NCBI GenBank assembly: GCA_963748815.1
Contig: CAVVKJ010000016.1
Location: forward strand, 1-18,596
Source of the DNA: an uncultured Gemmatimonadales bacterium
Lineage (GTDB): Bacteria; Gemmatimonadota; Gemmatimonadetes; Gemmatimonadales; GWC2-71-9
Length of the DNA stretch: 18,596 nt
Reading direction: 5' to 3'
Positions 8,725 through 16,984 of this stretch are shown piece after piece (within the stretch, counting starts at the first letter, position 1; every line of letters begins with the position of its first letter). Under the pieces are notes generated by a model that was not told where the DNA came from, did no database searches, and saw nothing but the letters and a program-made list of their open reading frames with translations. A program made the translations under genes and the position numbers.

Positions 8725-8901
8725 CTAGAACTCCCGTTTCTTCATCTCCTTGAAGAGCCGCCGGGTCTCGGAGTCCATCTCCTCCGGCTTCTGCCGCAAG
8801 GTGGAGTCGTACTGCGCCGCGCGCTCGGCCACCGGCGGCTTGATCTTGGCGGCGTTCTTCTGGGCCAGCCGGGCAATCCGCTGGTCGTCTTTCTTGGACA
8901 T
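8725..8901 (-). CDS. Small charged hypothetical protein, 58 aa (MSKKDDQRIARLAQ...)
   Basis: GGAGG at 8910-8906 precedes the ATG at 8901, and codon usage is GC3-rich. The ORF-track extension to 9036 crosses a REP element. Confidence 0.6.
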   Translation of the reverse strand: MSKKDDQRIARLAQKNAAKIKPPVAERAAQYDSTLRQKPEEMDSETRRLFKEMKKREF

Positions 8902-8959
8902 CGGGCCTCCGTTCAAGGGTGGGCGAAATCTAAGGAAACGCCCGCCAATTTGCTTCCGG

Positions 8960-9034
8960 GTAGGGGTGGGCTCACGCCCACCCCTAGCGAGACGAACTCG
9001 CAAATTTGTGCCGGGCGACGGGCCTTTCCCGGCC
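8960..9034. repeat. GTAG-tagged REP-like element, copy B
   Basis: GTAGGGGTGGGC-TCAC-GCCCACCCCTA (8960-8986). The following 30 nt align without gaps to the tail of copy A (16/30). A decayed second hairpin CGGGC-CTTT-CCCG lies at 9019-9031. Confidence 0.7.
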
Positions 9035-9073
9035 AATTGGCCCGGTCAGGTTTCTGGTTGGCAAATCCTAGGG

Positions 9074-10168
9074 CTATTCAACGCCCCGGCCTTGCTGCCC
9101 CGCCGCGGGTCGCCGATAGCGCAGGAAGATCATCCCCTCCGGGCGGACCGCCTTGACCAGCACGGCGTCGGGGCTCGAGGCCAGCGCGTAGCCGTAGCCG
9201 TTGAACGAGATCGACTCGACCAGACGCCCCTGCCGGTCGATCACCTGGTAGCGGCGCACGGTGTCAGGGATGACGCGGCTCTTCTCCAGCCAGACGTTGC
9301 CGTCGCCGCCGGTGAAGGCCTCGTCGAAGGGCGGCTTTACGGGGCTGAAGGGGACTTTTTCGGCGGCCGACCGGAGGTCCGGGGGGAACTTCCGCAGGAA
9401 GGCTTCGCGGTCGGAGACGGTGATGGTGAAGACCCGGTCCGGGAGCTTCTGTCCCTTCTGAAGCTCGCCGTCCGGTCCGATCCAGTCGACCCGGTTGGGG
9501 TAGACCCGCGCCACCCAGACGCTCCCGTCGGCCAGGACGCCCCACGCATCCTCCCCGCTGAAGACCCGGCGCTCATACCGGCGGCCGGCGTCGCCATCCA
9601 CTTCGGCCAGGTCCAGCGGAGAGAGCCGGAAGAGGGTGTCGCCCCGCGAGAAGTCGAGCGGGAAGCGGACCACCACGGCCGAGTCCCGCTTGCCGCTCCC
9701 GTCGGGGCCGGGGGGCGGATTGAACTGCACGTACCAGTTGCCCTGTCCATCGCGGGCCCGGGGGAGATTGCCCAGGGTGATCTCCGGGCTCCCGATGGCC
9801 GTGACGTATGTCCCCTCCAGGGTCCACGTCGTCAGCCGGCGGAGCGCCCAGTCGCCCACGTAGAAGCCGTCACCCGCCCGGAAGAGGGAGAAAGGCCCCT
9901 CGAAGAGGGACTTCATTCCCTTGCCAAGATCACGCCCTGAACCCTCGGCAAAGTCGAGGACCACCACCCGCCGATCGGCGGGGGAGAGGACGGCCCACCG
10001 GTCGCCGCCCAGCCATGTGCCGGCCGTGGCCTCGAAGAGCGTCGTAGGTATAGAGTCGGCCTCGGGCCCGAGGGCGATGTCCGGGGCGTCGGCGGCCTTG
10101 GTGCCGCAGGCGGCAGCCAGGAGGAGGGCGCCGAGAAGGGCCGGCCGGGCGAGGGGGAAGGGGCGCAT
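9074..10168 (-). CDS. Exported beta-propeller lipoprotein (paralogue 1), 364 aa
   Basis: Lipobox LAAA-C. Blade-like motifs DAWGVLADGSVWVAR, GGDGNVWLE and YQVIDRQGRLVESI are shared with its neighbours. The GPGEF motif is degenerate here. Confidence 0.8.
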   Translation of the reverse strand: MRPFPLARPALLGALLLAAACGTKAADAPDIALGPEADSIPTTLFEATAGTWLGGDRWAVLSPADRRVVVLDFAEGSGRDLGKGMKSLFEGPFSLFRAGDGFYVGDWALRRLTTWTLEGTYVTAIGSPEITLGNLPRARDGQGNWYVQFNPPPGPDGSGKRDSAVVVRFPLDFSRGDTLFRLSPLDLAEVDGDAGRRYERRVFSGEDAWGVLADGSVWVARVYPNRVDWIGPDGELQKGQKLPDRVFTITVSDREAFLRKFPPDLRSAAEKVPFSPVKPPFDEAFTGGDGNVWLEKSRVIPDTVRRYQVIDRQGRLVESISFNGYGYALASSPDAVLVKAVRPEGMIFLRYRRPAAGQQGRGVE

Positions 10169-10174
10169 TCTGGG

Positions 10175-10180
10175 AATCTA
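10175..10180 (-). promoter_or_regulatory. Candidate -10 box (leaderless-type)
   Basis: TAGATT, then 6 nt, then the ATG at 10168, with no SD. Confidence 0.5.
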
Positions 10181-10211
10181 TAGAGTCAACCGCCGCTCCG
10201 CCTTCCTGGCC

Positions 10212-10240
10212 TGCAACCCTTTGCGCCGTGAGGGCATCAA
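10212..10240 (+). promoter_or_regulatory. Possible ECF-sigma-type promoter for the 63-aa ORF
   Basis: TGCAAC (10212-10217), then 16 nt, then GCATCAA. This resembles the AAC-N16/17-CGT/CAT layout of ECF promoters but is a motif match only. Confidence 0.3.
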
Positions 10241-10268
10241 AGGAAGTACATACAGAAAGGAGGCCCCG

Positions 10269-10460
10269 ATGGTCATGCTCGCCACAGATTCCCCGATCCC
10301 CACCTTCCGACTGGTGGATGACAACGGGACCTCCGTTGGTCGCATCGTGCTTCCGGTCGAGGACCGGATCAACGGCTCGGGCGCCGCGACGATCTATCTC
10401 CAGCGGGAGTCGCCAATCCGTCGGCGCCGGGTGACGGATACCCGGCTGGCAGCGCAATAG
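10269..10460 (+). CDS. 63-aa protein resembling a single C-terminal propeller blade
   Basis: Perfect AGGAGG at 10258-10263. Ungapped 11/38 identity with the C-terminal blade of the 10677-11870 protein. Confidence 0.6.
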   Translation: MVMLATDSPIPTFRLVDDNGTSVGRIVLPVEDRINGSGAATIYLQRESPIRRRRVTDTRLAAQ

Positions 10461-10473
10461 CAGCATCCCCCCC

Positions 10474-10594
10474 GGGGTGGGCGCATGCCCACCCCTGGCG
10501 CAACCAGACGCGACTTCGTTGCATCAGGCTGGACGCCGCTCCCACCCACACGAAATTGCGTTCCTGTCGATAGGGGTGGCCATACGGCCACCCC
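10474..10594. repeat. Two-hairpin REP-like element, copy C
   Basis: GGGGTGGGC-GCAT-GCCCACCCC (10474-10495) and GGGGTGGCC-ATAC-GGCCACCCC (10573-10594). The tail CGACTTCG (10511-10518) is shared with copy D. Confidence 0.75.
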
Positions 10595-10676
10595 GGCCTT
10601 CAGGCCCCCGGCTCTTGCGACTCCCCCCGCTCCTCGTGCATCCTCCCCTCCAGAACCCACCCAACCCGAGGTCCTT

Positions 10677-11870
10677 GTGTCGCGACGCCCGTCCCTGCGC
10701 CTCATCCTTTTCCTGCTTGCCATCTCCGCCGTCTCTTCAGCCGTCAGCCTGGCTGCCCAGCAGGGCAAGGCCCCGGTCCAGAAGCTGACCAAACCCGACG
10801 CCACCTTCGACGAGCCGTTCACCCAGGTGGCCGGGCTCCGGGAGCTGAAGAACGGCGACGTCATCGTGGCCGACATGCGGGACCGGACCCTGCAGAAGAT
10901 CGACCTGAAGACCGGTGCGGCCACGGCGCTGTCGCGCGAGGGGAGCGGCCCGACCGAGTATCTCTTCCCCACCGGTGTCTACGCGCTGCCCGGTGACAGC
11001 ACCGGCATTTACGACATGGGCAACCAGCGCTACCTCCTGCTGGACCCCACCGGCAAGGCGGTGAGCACCTTCAGGATGGACGAAGGGAACAGCGGTGGCG
11101 GGATGATGATGCTCCGCGCGGCAAGCGGGGCCGATGACAAGGGCCGCCTCTACTACTCCACCCGAGGCGAACAGCGTGGGGGTGGAATGGATGGGGGCCC
11201 CCCGGAGTTTTCCGATTCCGGCCGCGTCGTGCGCTATGACCGGAGCAGCAAGAAGTTCGACACCCTCGGCGTCGTGATGGTGCCGAAGCCACTGGTTGAG
11301 GCGAGCGGGAGTGCCAACAACCGGTCGGTCAGCATCCGTCGGGTACCGATGGCACCGGAGGATGCCTGGGGCGTGGCGCCGGATGGGCGCATCGGGGTGG
11401 CCCGCATCGCCACCGACGAGGTGCAGTGGTGGCTCCCCAATGGCAAGCGTGTGACGGGGCCACCGGTTCCCTTCACACCGATCAAGGTCGTCGAGGCCGA
11501 CAAGCTGGCCTGGCAGGCGCTGCAGGCGCGCAGCGGCATCAATGTCAACAACAACAACGGCCAGATTACCGTCAGCCCGGCGGCGAGCAAGCCGGAGCCA
11601 ATCGACCCGTCGATCCAGTGGCCGGCCACCAAGCCGGCGTTTCCCGCCAACGCAGTCCGCGTCACCCCGACCGGCGAGCTCTGGGAACTCCGCTCCACCC
11701 CGGCGAATGACCCTCTCCCGCTCTACTACGTCTTCGATTCCTCCGGCAACCTGATCAAGCAGGTACGGCTCCCCGCCCAGACTCGGCTCGTCGCGTTCGG
11801 AAAAGGCGTGGTGTACCTTGTCCGGCGGGATGCGGATGATCTGGAATATCTCGAGAGGTACAAGCTGTAA
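10677..11870 (+). CDS. Secreted six-bladed beta-propeller protein (paralogue 2), 397 aa
   Basis: GTG start after GAGG, with a Sec signal peptide (SLAA-QQ) and no lipobox. Motifs SREGSGPTEY, DAWGVAPDGRI, PTGELW, YYVFDSSGNLIKQVRLP and DADDLEYLERY. Confidence 0.85.
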   Translation: MSRRPSLRLILFLLAISAVSSAVSLAAQQGKAPVQKLTKPDATFDEPFTQVAGLRELKNGDVIVADMRDRTLQKIDLKTGAATALSREGSGPTEYLFPTGVYALPGDSTGIYDMGNQRYLLLDPTGKAVSTFRMDEGNSGGGMMMLRAASGADDKGRLYYSTRGEQRGGGMDGGPPEFSDSGRVVRYDRSSKKFDTLGVVMVPKPLVEASGSANNRSVSIRRVPMAPEDAWGVAPDGRIGVARIATDEVQWWLPNGKRVTGPPVPFTPIKVVEADKLAWQALQARSGINVNNNNGQITVSPAASKPEPIDPSIQWPATKPAFPANAVRVTPTGELWELRSTPANDPLPLYYVFDSSGNLIKQVRLPAQTRLVAFGKGVVYLVRRDADDLEYLERYKL

Positions 11871-11881
11871 GTCGCGTTGAT

Positions 11882-11909
11882 CGTCACCCCGGCGAAGGCC
11901 GGGGTCCAG
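11882..11909. repeat. CGTC-tagged palindrome, single unit
   Basis: CGTCACCCCGGCGAAGGCCGGGGTCCAG is 25/28 identical to 7717-7744, with a compensatory C-G to G-C stem change. Confidence 0.8.
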
Positions 11910-11920
11910 TTGTTGTCGTT

Positions 11921-12004
11921 CTTCACGCCCTTCGCGATTCCTTTGCGCCTTTGCGGTGAAAAGCATTTACCGCAAAGACGCGAAGAGGCGCCAAGGCCGC
12001 AAAG
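11921..12004. repeat. Imperfect palindrome made of ~9-nt CTTTGCG/CGCAAAG subunits
   Basis: CTTTGCGCCTTTGCGGTGAA (11941-11960) is 17/20 complementary to TTTACCGCAAAGACGCGAAG (11966-11985), with further decayed subunits on both sides. Confidence 0.7.
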
Positions 12005-12032
12005 CCACACCCGCCACCACCATGAGAAGGCT

Positions 12033-13262
12033 ATGAGACGATTCTTCTTTGTACTTGCGTTGGTGGTAGTCGTGGGGTGCGGGGAGAAGGGCCCCAAGCT
12101 GGACGCGCCGGTGGTGACCACGCTCCCGAACGGCGCGCTCGAGGTCAGGAACAGCGGGCCGAGCGGGTGGGCGGACACCAGTGGCTGGAGGCTGGTCGAG
12201 CTCTACCGGGTCGGTGGTGTGGACGCCGAGGGGCTCGGGGCGGAGGAACTGGTCGATCCGCAGAGCGTGGCGATCGATGCCAGGGGCGGGATCTACGTCG
12301 CGGACCAGAAGCCGTCGGTCATCAAGCAGTTCGGGCCCGACGGCCAGTACATCCGGAGCTTCGGGCGTGAAGGCGGCGGGCCGGGCGAGTTCCAGGTGGC
12401 GTTCATCGCGGCGGCGCCGGGAGCGCTCGCGCTGCACGACCCACGGTCGAGCCGGACGAGCGTGTTCGATTCCGCGGGCAATTTCCTCCGGAGCTGGCCG
12501 TCGAGCTGCTGCTACTGGTCGAGCATCATGGTGAGCCGGGACACGCTGATCTATATCCCGACGTCGGGAGGCCGCACGCCGGAGGGAGAGCGCCCCAAGC
12601 GGCATTACATCCGGTACCGGCTCGACGGCACGCTGGTGGACACGATGCGGATTCTCAACCCCGCCCCATCGGACGAACCGGAGTGGATCCTGACGGGGGG
12701 CAGCGGGAACAACAAGATGATGATGTCCACCACCGTGCCGCTGGCGGCCGGGACCACCTGGGCGCTGGATCCGGCCGGTGGCGCCCTCTTCGCCTGGACC
12801 GGGGACTACCGGTTCGTCGCGAGCAGGACGGGGCTCGACACGGCCCAGATCGTGTCGCTCGCTGCGGCGCCCGCCACTGTCACCGACGATCGTCGCACCC
12901 ACATCCGGGACTCGATGGTCGGTGAATTCGGGAAGCAGTTCGACAAGAAGGCCGTGGAGGACGCGTTCAAGCTCTCCGACATCCCGTCCACCGCGCCGTA
13001 CTTCGAATCGATCCAGGTGGATGGGCGCGGTGACCGTTGGGTCCGGCCCGATGACGGCGGGAGCCCTCTGACGGCCCGCTTCGATGTCTTCGACTCGACG
13101 GGCGCATATCTTGGCGCGGTGCCGGTGCCGGGCATCTTCGGCAGCTCGTGGCGCACGGTGTGGGGCGTGGACCGCGTGGCGACAGTGGCCGAGGACGCGG
13201 ATGGGTTGCCGGTGGTGGTGGTGTATGGGATTGAGAAGCGAGGACAGAGGACTGAGGACTGA
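12033..13262 (+). CDS. Six-bladed beta-propeller (NHL-like) lipoprotein (paralogue 3), 409 aa
   Basis: MRRFFFVLALVVVVG-C lipobox. Motifs PQSVAIDARGGIYVAD, FGREGGGPGEF, DGRGDRWV and FDVFDSTGAYLGAV. Confidence 0.9.
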   Translation: MRRFFFVLALVVVVGCGEKGPKLDAPVVTTLPNGALEVRNSGPSGWADTSGWRLVELYRVGGVDAEGLGAEELVDPQSVAIDARGGIYVADQKPSVIKQFGPDGQYIRSFGREGGGPGEFQVAFIAAAPGALALHDPRSSRTSVFDSAGNFLRSWPSSCCYWSSIMVSRDTLIYIPTSGGRTPEGERPKRHYIRYRLDGTLVDTMRILNPAPSDEPEWILTGGSGNNKMMMSTTVPLAAGTTWALDPAGGALFAWTGDYRFVASRTGLDTAQIVSLAAAPATVTDDRRTHIRDSMVGEFGKQFDKKAVEDAFKLSDIPSTAPYFESIQVDGRGDRWVRPDDGGSPLTARFDVFDSTGAYLGAVPVPGIFGSSWRTVWGVDRVATVAEDADGLPVVVVYGIEKRGQRTED

Positions 13263-13281
13263 GGGCTGGGAACTGAGGGCG
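13240..13281 (+). repeat. Heptamer tandem repeat (GAGGACT-like x6) spanning the stop codon
   Basis: GAGGACA GAGGACT GAGGACT GAGGGCT GGGAACT GAGGGCG. Confidence 0.75.
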
Positions 13282-13290
13282 ACCCCCTTC

Positions 13291-13327
13291 TGTCATTGCG
13301 AGGCCACGGAGTGGTCGAAGCAATCTC
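13291..13327. repeat. GTCATTGCGAG...GAAGCAATC palindromic unit between convergent genes
   Basis: Outer stem ATTGC/GCAAT and inner stem GGCCAC-GGA-GTGGTC. The (T)GTCA end resembles the CGTCA end of the CGTC units. Confidence 0.6.
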
Positions 13328-13338
13328 GGGCCGGCTTC

Positions 13339-14547
13339 TCAATGTTCTGTGCCAAACCGCCGCACCTCAATCGATACCTCTCCGTCCTCACTCATCCCCA
13401 GCAAGGCAAGTCTGTCTCCGTACACATCCAGGATCTCCGACCGGCCGGGCATGAATGCCTCGGGCGCCGCCGGGAGCACTATCGTGGCAACTGGGACGCC
13501 GTTCGGCGAAATGACCGTCCATCGCCGTTCCTTCGCCCCCGGGGTGACGTACTCGCCCGCCCAGATATTCTGCTGGTCGTCCACCATCAGGGCACCCACC
13601 GCCGGCAGCCGATCGACCTTCGGGGCATCCTGCATTGCCTCGAGGATTACACTCGCCATTTCTCCATATTCGTCCGAAATGCCCTCTCGCCACGCCGACA
13701 TGTTGGCCTCCATCGGCACTGTTTGATGGCCGCTGCCGGTGAGTCGCAGGCTGAGTTGTATGCCTCGGAACAGCGAAACGTCGAGCGAGTCGGTCGGCCC
13801 GATGACGATAGTCGAGCCGCGGGCATCGTAGGCCGCCGATCGGGCGAATGCGACGGGGAAGCGGCTTCCGCGGGGGGTCAGCGCCCGCTCCAGGCCACGC
13901 CAGAGGCCGAGGCTGTCGACGAGCTGTCCCGTGGAGTCATAGACGAGGAGCGGGACCGGGTCGCGCTCGAACTCACCGCTCGGCAGGCCCACGATGTCGC
14001 CGCGATTGGGCCGCTGCTGCCACCAGGTGGCCACAACCCGATCCGAGCCTAGCCATCCAAGCACATCCAGTTCCCGCCTGCTCGATCCGGCCTCCAACCG
14101 AGGGACGATTCCTAGGACGCGGCCGTCTGGGGTGAGGTGCGTGATTCGCCCGCTGTAGTCAGCCACGAAGAGTGTTCCGTCCTCGACGATCCCGACCCGA
14201 AGGATGCCCCGGTACTCGCCCGGCCCGCTGCCCTGCCGGCCGAGGCGACGGAGGCTGTGGCCGTCGGGGGAGAGTGCTACGAGGTCGGAGCCGCTGCCGA
14301 TGACGAGGGAGGATTCTGCTGCGAACACCGCCGTCGCACTCCCAATGAGTTGGAGGGTGTCATGGGTGGTGGTGGAGTAGAGTGGCGTGGAACTCCACGT
14401 GGGCAACGCGTCAGCATTGAGCTCGTCTATGTGAACGATCGTGACGCCTGCGGAGTCGCGGCGCGCCACTTCCGTCGTGGGTCGATCGTCTTGGTTGCAG
14501 CCGGAGAGAGCGATCGCGAGAACAACGACTACCGCGAAAACCCTCAC
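13339..14547 (-). CDS. Six-bladed beta-propeller lipoprotein (paralogue 4), 402 aa
   Basis: Lipobox LSG-C. Motifs RDSAGVTIV, LGRQGSGPGEY, VDDQQNIW and SEDGEVSIEV. GTGA-coupled to the upstream gene. Confidence 0.85.
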   Translation of the reverse strand: MRVFAVVVVLAIALSGCNQDDRPTTEVARRDSAGVTIVHIDELNADALPTWSSTPLYSTTTHDTLQLIGSATAVFAAESSLVIGSGSDLVALSPDGHSLRRLGRQGSGPGEYRGILRVGIVEDGTLFVADYSGRITHLTPDGRVLGIVPRLEAGSSRRELDVLGWLGSDRVVATWWQQRPNRGDIVGLPSGEFERDPVPLLVYDSTGQLVDSLGLWRGLERALTPRGSRFPVAFARSAAYDARGSTIVIGPTDSLDVSLFRGIQLSLRLTGSGHQTVPMEANMSAWREGISDEYGEMASVILEAMQDAPKVDRLPAVGALMVDDQQNIWAGEYVTPGAKERRWTVISPNGVPVATIVLPAAPEAFMPGRSEILDVYGDRLALLGMSEDGEVSIEVRRFGTEH

Positions 14548-15770
14548 TTCAACGCCCCCGGCACCGGCAACCGCCCCACCACCAGCGCCCCATCCTCATC
14601 TTCGGCGATTCCGTACACCCACCGTCCCGCCCATGCCCTTGGAGTAAAGTTGCTGGGCAGGTGGACGATGGCCAGGCGTTTCCCGTCGGTGCCGAACACG
14701 TCCCAGCGATAGGTGGACGGCCTCGCTTCGGCAACTTGATACATCACCGTCGGGTGAAACATGTAAGTGGAATCCACCACCTGTACCCACAGCCGGGCTT
14801 GGCCGTCCATGTGAATCGCCTGAACTTTGTTGCGGGTGTCACTGAATTCCTGGGCCCCGAACAGGTTGAGCATCGCGGGTAGAAAGCTTGAGTCGAACTC
14901 ACCGCGCCACTGTTCGGGAATAGTTCGCGCGTCGGCGGTGACAGGCACGTCGGCTGCATCGGCCGAGATGATGATGAGGGAGTCAGTCGCGCCGTCGTGA
15001 AGCTGGACGGTGTAAAACACGGCGTCACCGATCGCCACCCGACACCCGCCATCACTGGCGATGAGGGCGCGGGTGCCGAAGGGGTTCCGAGGTCCGAACA
15101 TGTTGCCGGTGAAGATCCAAGCGAGATCGGGAACCCGCAGCCACGGCGTCGTCGGCGGTCCCGGCTTCCACCACGCCACCGCCACAGTATCGGGCGTGCG
15201 ATCCATGCCTTTGGGTCCGACGATCCGTGGATTCCATGTGATTAATGTGCGGCTCTGGCAATGCGCCATGCCGGTGTATCGGAGGCCGGAGAATCCGTCG
15301 GGCGCCTCGACTGTGACGCTGGCGGGGGCCCCACCGCGAGGGATGCTGGTGAGGCGACTTGAACTGGCATCGAGCGCCACAACCGTATCGCCATTGGCGC
15401 GCAGGCCGATGATGCGCCGAAACTCCCCCGGTCCGTCTCCCTCCCGACCGAGCGTGTCGATCTCGTCGGGCGAATCGATCACGACAATCTGTGTTCCTTC
15501 ACCAACCAGCAACCGTTCTCCTGCCGTGGTCACGACGGTCGATTGCAGTACACCTTCACCTGCATAGACCACCTCCAGCGACTCGCTCGGGATCGTGCCG
15601 AGGTCTCCAAGGATGGAGCCGGATGTGGTGTGGACGAAGGTGGTGTCGCCGGATTGGGTGATGTCACCCTGCCAGGTGCTCGAGGATGCGAGGCTACCGC
15701 TGTCTCGACAGCCAGCGAGCACGCAGAGGCTCAGCGTCGAGCCGATCAGGCCGACGTACGTTGAAGGCAT
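14544..15770 (-). CDS. Six-bladed beta-propeller lipoprotein (paralogue 5), 408 aa
   Basis: Lipobox LAG-C and a GAGGA SD. Motifs LGREGDGPGEF, DGQARLWV, WDVFGTDGKRLAIVHLP and EDEDGALVV. Confidence 0.85.
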   Translation of the reverse strand: MPSTYVGLIGSTLSLCVLAGCRDSGSLASSSTWQGDITQSGDTTFVHTTSGSILGDLGTIPSESLEVVYAGEGVLQSTVVTTAGERLLVGEGTQIVVIDSPDEIDTLGREGDGPGEFRRIIGLRANGDTVVALDASSSRLTSIPRGGAPASVTVEAPDGFSGLRYTGMAHCQSRTLITWNPRIVGPKGMDRTPDTVAVAWWKPGPPTTPWLRVPDLAWIFTGNMFGPRNPFGTRALIASDGGCRVAIGDAVFYTVQLHDGATDSLIIISADAADVPVTADARTIPEQWRGEFDSSFLPAMLNLFGAQEFSDTRNKVQAIHMDGQARLWVQVVDSTYMFHPTVMYQVAEARPSTYRWDVFGTDGKRLAIVHLPSNFTPRAWAGRWVYGIAEDEDGALVVGRLPVPGALK

Positions 15771-15785
15771 CGTGGAGATCCTCGC

Positions 15786-16829
15786 TTAGTGTGGCACCTG
15801 CCAGAGGAGCGCCTGGTACCAGCCCTCCTCGTCCGTCCGGATCGATTGCAAGATCCAGGGTTCGACGACTCGCACAACGGCTGGGTCGATCCGCCAGGAG
15901 GCCAGGGTTGCTCCGTTCTCCGAGTCGACGCGCTCTATAATCGTGTCGAAGACCCGATCGGCGTCTTCAACGGGATAGTAGGTGCTCCCCTCCGCCTGTA
16001 CTGCCGGACCTAGCCCACTTGGCCATTGTGGGTCGGGTACCAGCACAGCGATCCAGAGCGCATCAGTGGTATCGACCCAGACCCCGATCAGAGTTGGGCT
16101 TGGCGCGGACGATGGCGTTGGGGCGGCGTACTTGGTGTAGTCCGCGAAATAGTCGCGCTTGATCGACAACGTGCGAACGAGGTGGGCCGGTGCGCTCCAG
16201 TATTGGAACTGAAGGTGCCAGAATCGCGGTGCACTCCAGAAGCCGCTGTCGGGCGCAGCGGCGAGGTGCACCCAGCGCCAATTCTCGAATCCTTTGGGAA
16301 GTGTGTCCCCGAAGGCCAGTAGGCGCTCCCCCGCGGCCGTCACCTGCGACATTGGCGGTCCTGAACCTCGATTGCCGCTCGATATCACGAAGGTTCCATC
16401 AGGTAGGGGAAGCAGGCTAGCCGGTCTGAATTGCCACGGACGTGATAGGCCGAGCGTGTCCGGCGGGCGAATGGTCGTGACTCTGCGCAATGTCGCGTCG
16501 TATATCCATGCCGAATCGTTGATCCTGTGGATGTGCTCTGGCCGGCGGTACTCGTTGGGGCCTTCCCCATGCCGACCGATGAGGCGGATGAAATGCCCAG
16601 CCGAGTTATACAGGCGTACGAGCTCTTCCGGCGGTCCATCCGGGGTGGTGACCAGGTAATGGTCGTTGATCTCCGGGCTGACGTGCGGCATGCTGGCGAG
16701 CGCACCGTCACCTTCGGGATCGCCGAGGATGGCGAGAAGCTCGATGCCCGCTTCGGCGGGTGGATGGGCTCGGTCGCAGCTCAACACCAGCGCAGTCAGA
16801 AGCGCGAGGGGCAGTCGGCTACGGTCCAT
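15786..16829 (-). CDS. Six-bladed beta-propeller lipoprotein (paralogue 6), 347 aa
   Basis: Start reassigned to ATG at 16829 (MDRSRLPLALLTALVLS-C) after AGGAG. Motifs IGRHGEGPNEY, DTTDALWI and TDEEGW. The extension to 17030 runs into a REP element. Confidence 0.85.
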   Translation of the reverse strand: MDRSRLPLALLTALVLSCDRAHPPAEAGIELLAILGDPEGDGALASMPHVSPEINDHYLVTTPDGPPEELVRLYNSAGHFIRLIGRHGEGPNEYRRPEHIHRINDSAWIYDATLRRVTTIRPPDTLGLSRPWQFRPASLLPLPDGTFVISSGNRGSGPPMSQVTAAGERLLAFGDTLPKGFENWRWVHLAAAPDSGFWSAPRFWHLQFQYWSAPAHLVRTLSIKRDYFADYTKYAAPTPSSAPSPTLIGVWVDTTDALWIAVLVPDPQWPSGLGPAVQAEGSTYYPVEDADRVFDTIIERVDSENGATLASWRIDPAVVRVVEPWILQSIRTDEEGWYQALLWQVPH

Positions 16830-16887
16830 CGCTTCTCCTGTCTGGTCCGTTCTGGGTGGATTGCGTGGCTCCCCTGACCTTCTGGCC

Positions 16888-16896
16888 ACGATAGCA
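16888..16896 (-). promoter_or_regulatory. Candidate extended -10 promoter for the three-gene propeller operon
   Basis: TG-C-TATCGT on the minus strand, about 60 nt upstream of the ATG at 16829. Confidence 0.4.
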
Positions 16897-16984
16897 TGAA
16901 TTGCTCGGTCTGAACAGATGGCGGCCGAGGTCCATGTTGAGGGCGCATCCGCGATACCGGGGCATTCCGCGCTCGAATTGGGCG

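Noticed and set aside
9031..9042. Perfect 12-bp palindrome GGCCAATTGGCC as an operator
   Set aside because: Single occurrence overlapping a decayed repeat, and no regulator gene in the window.
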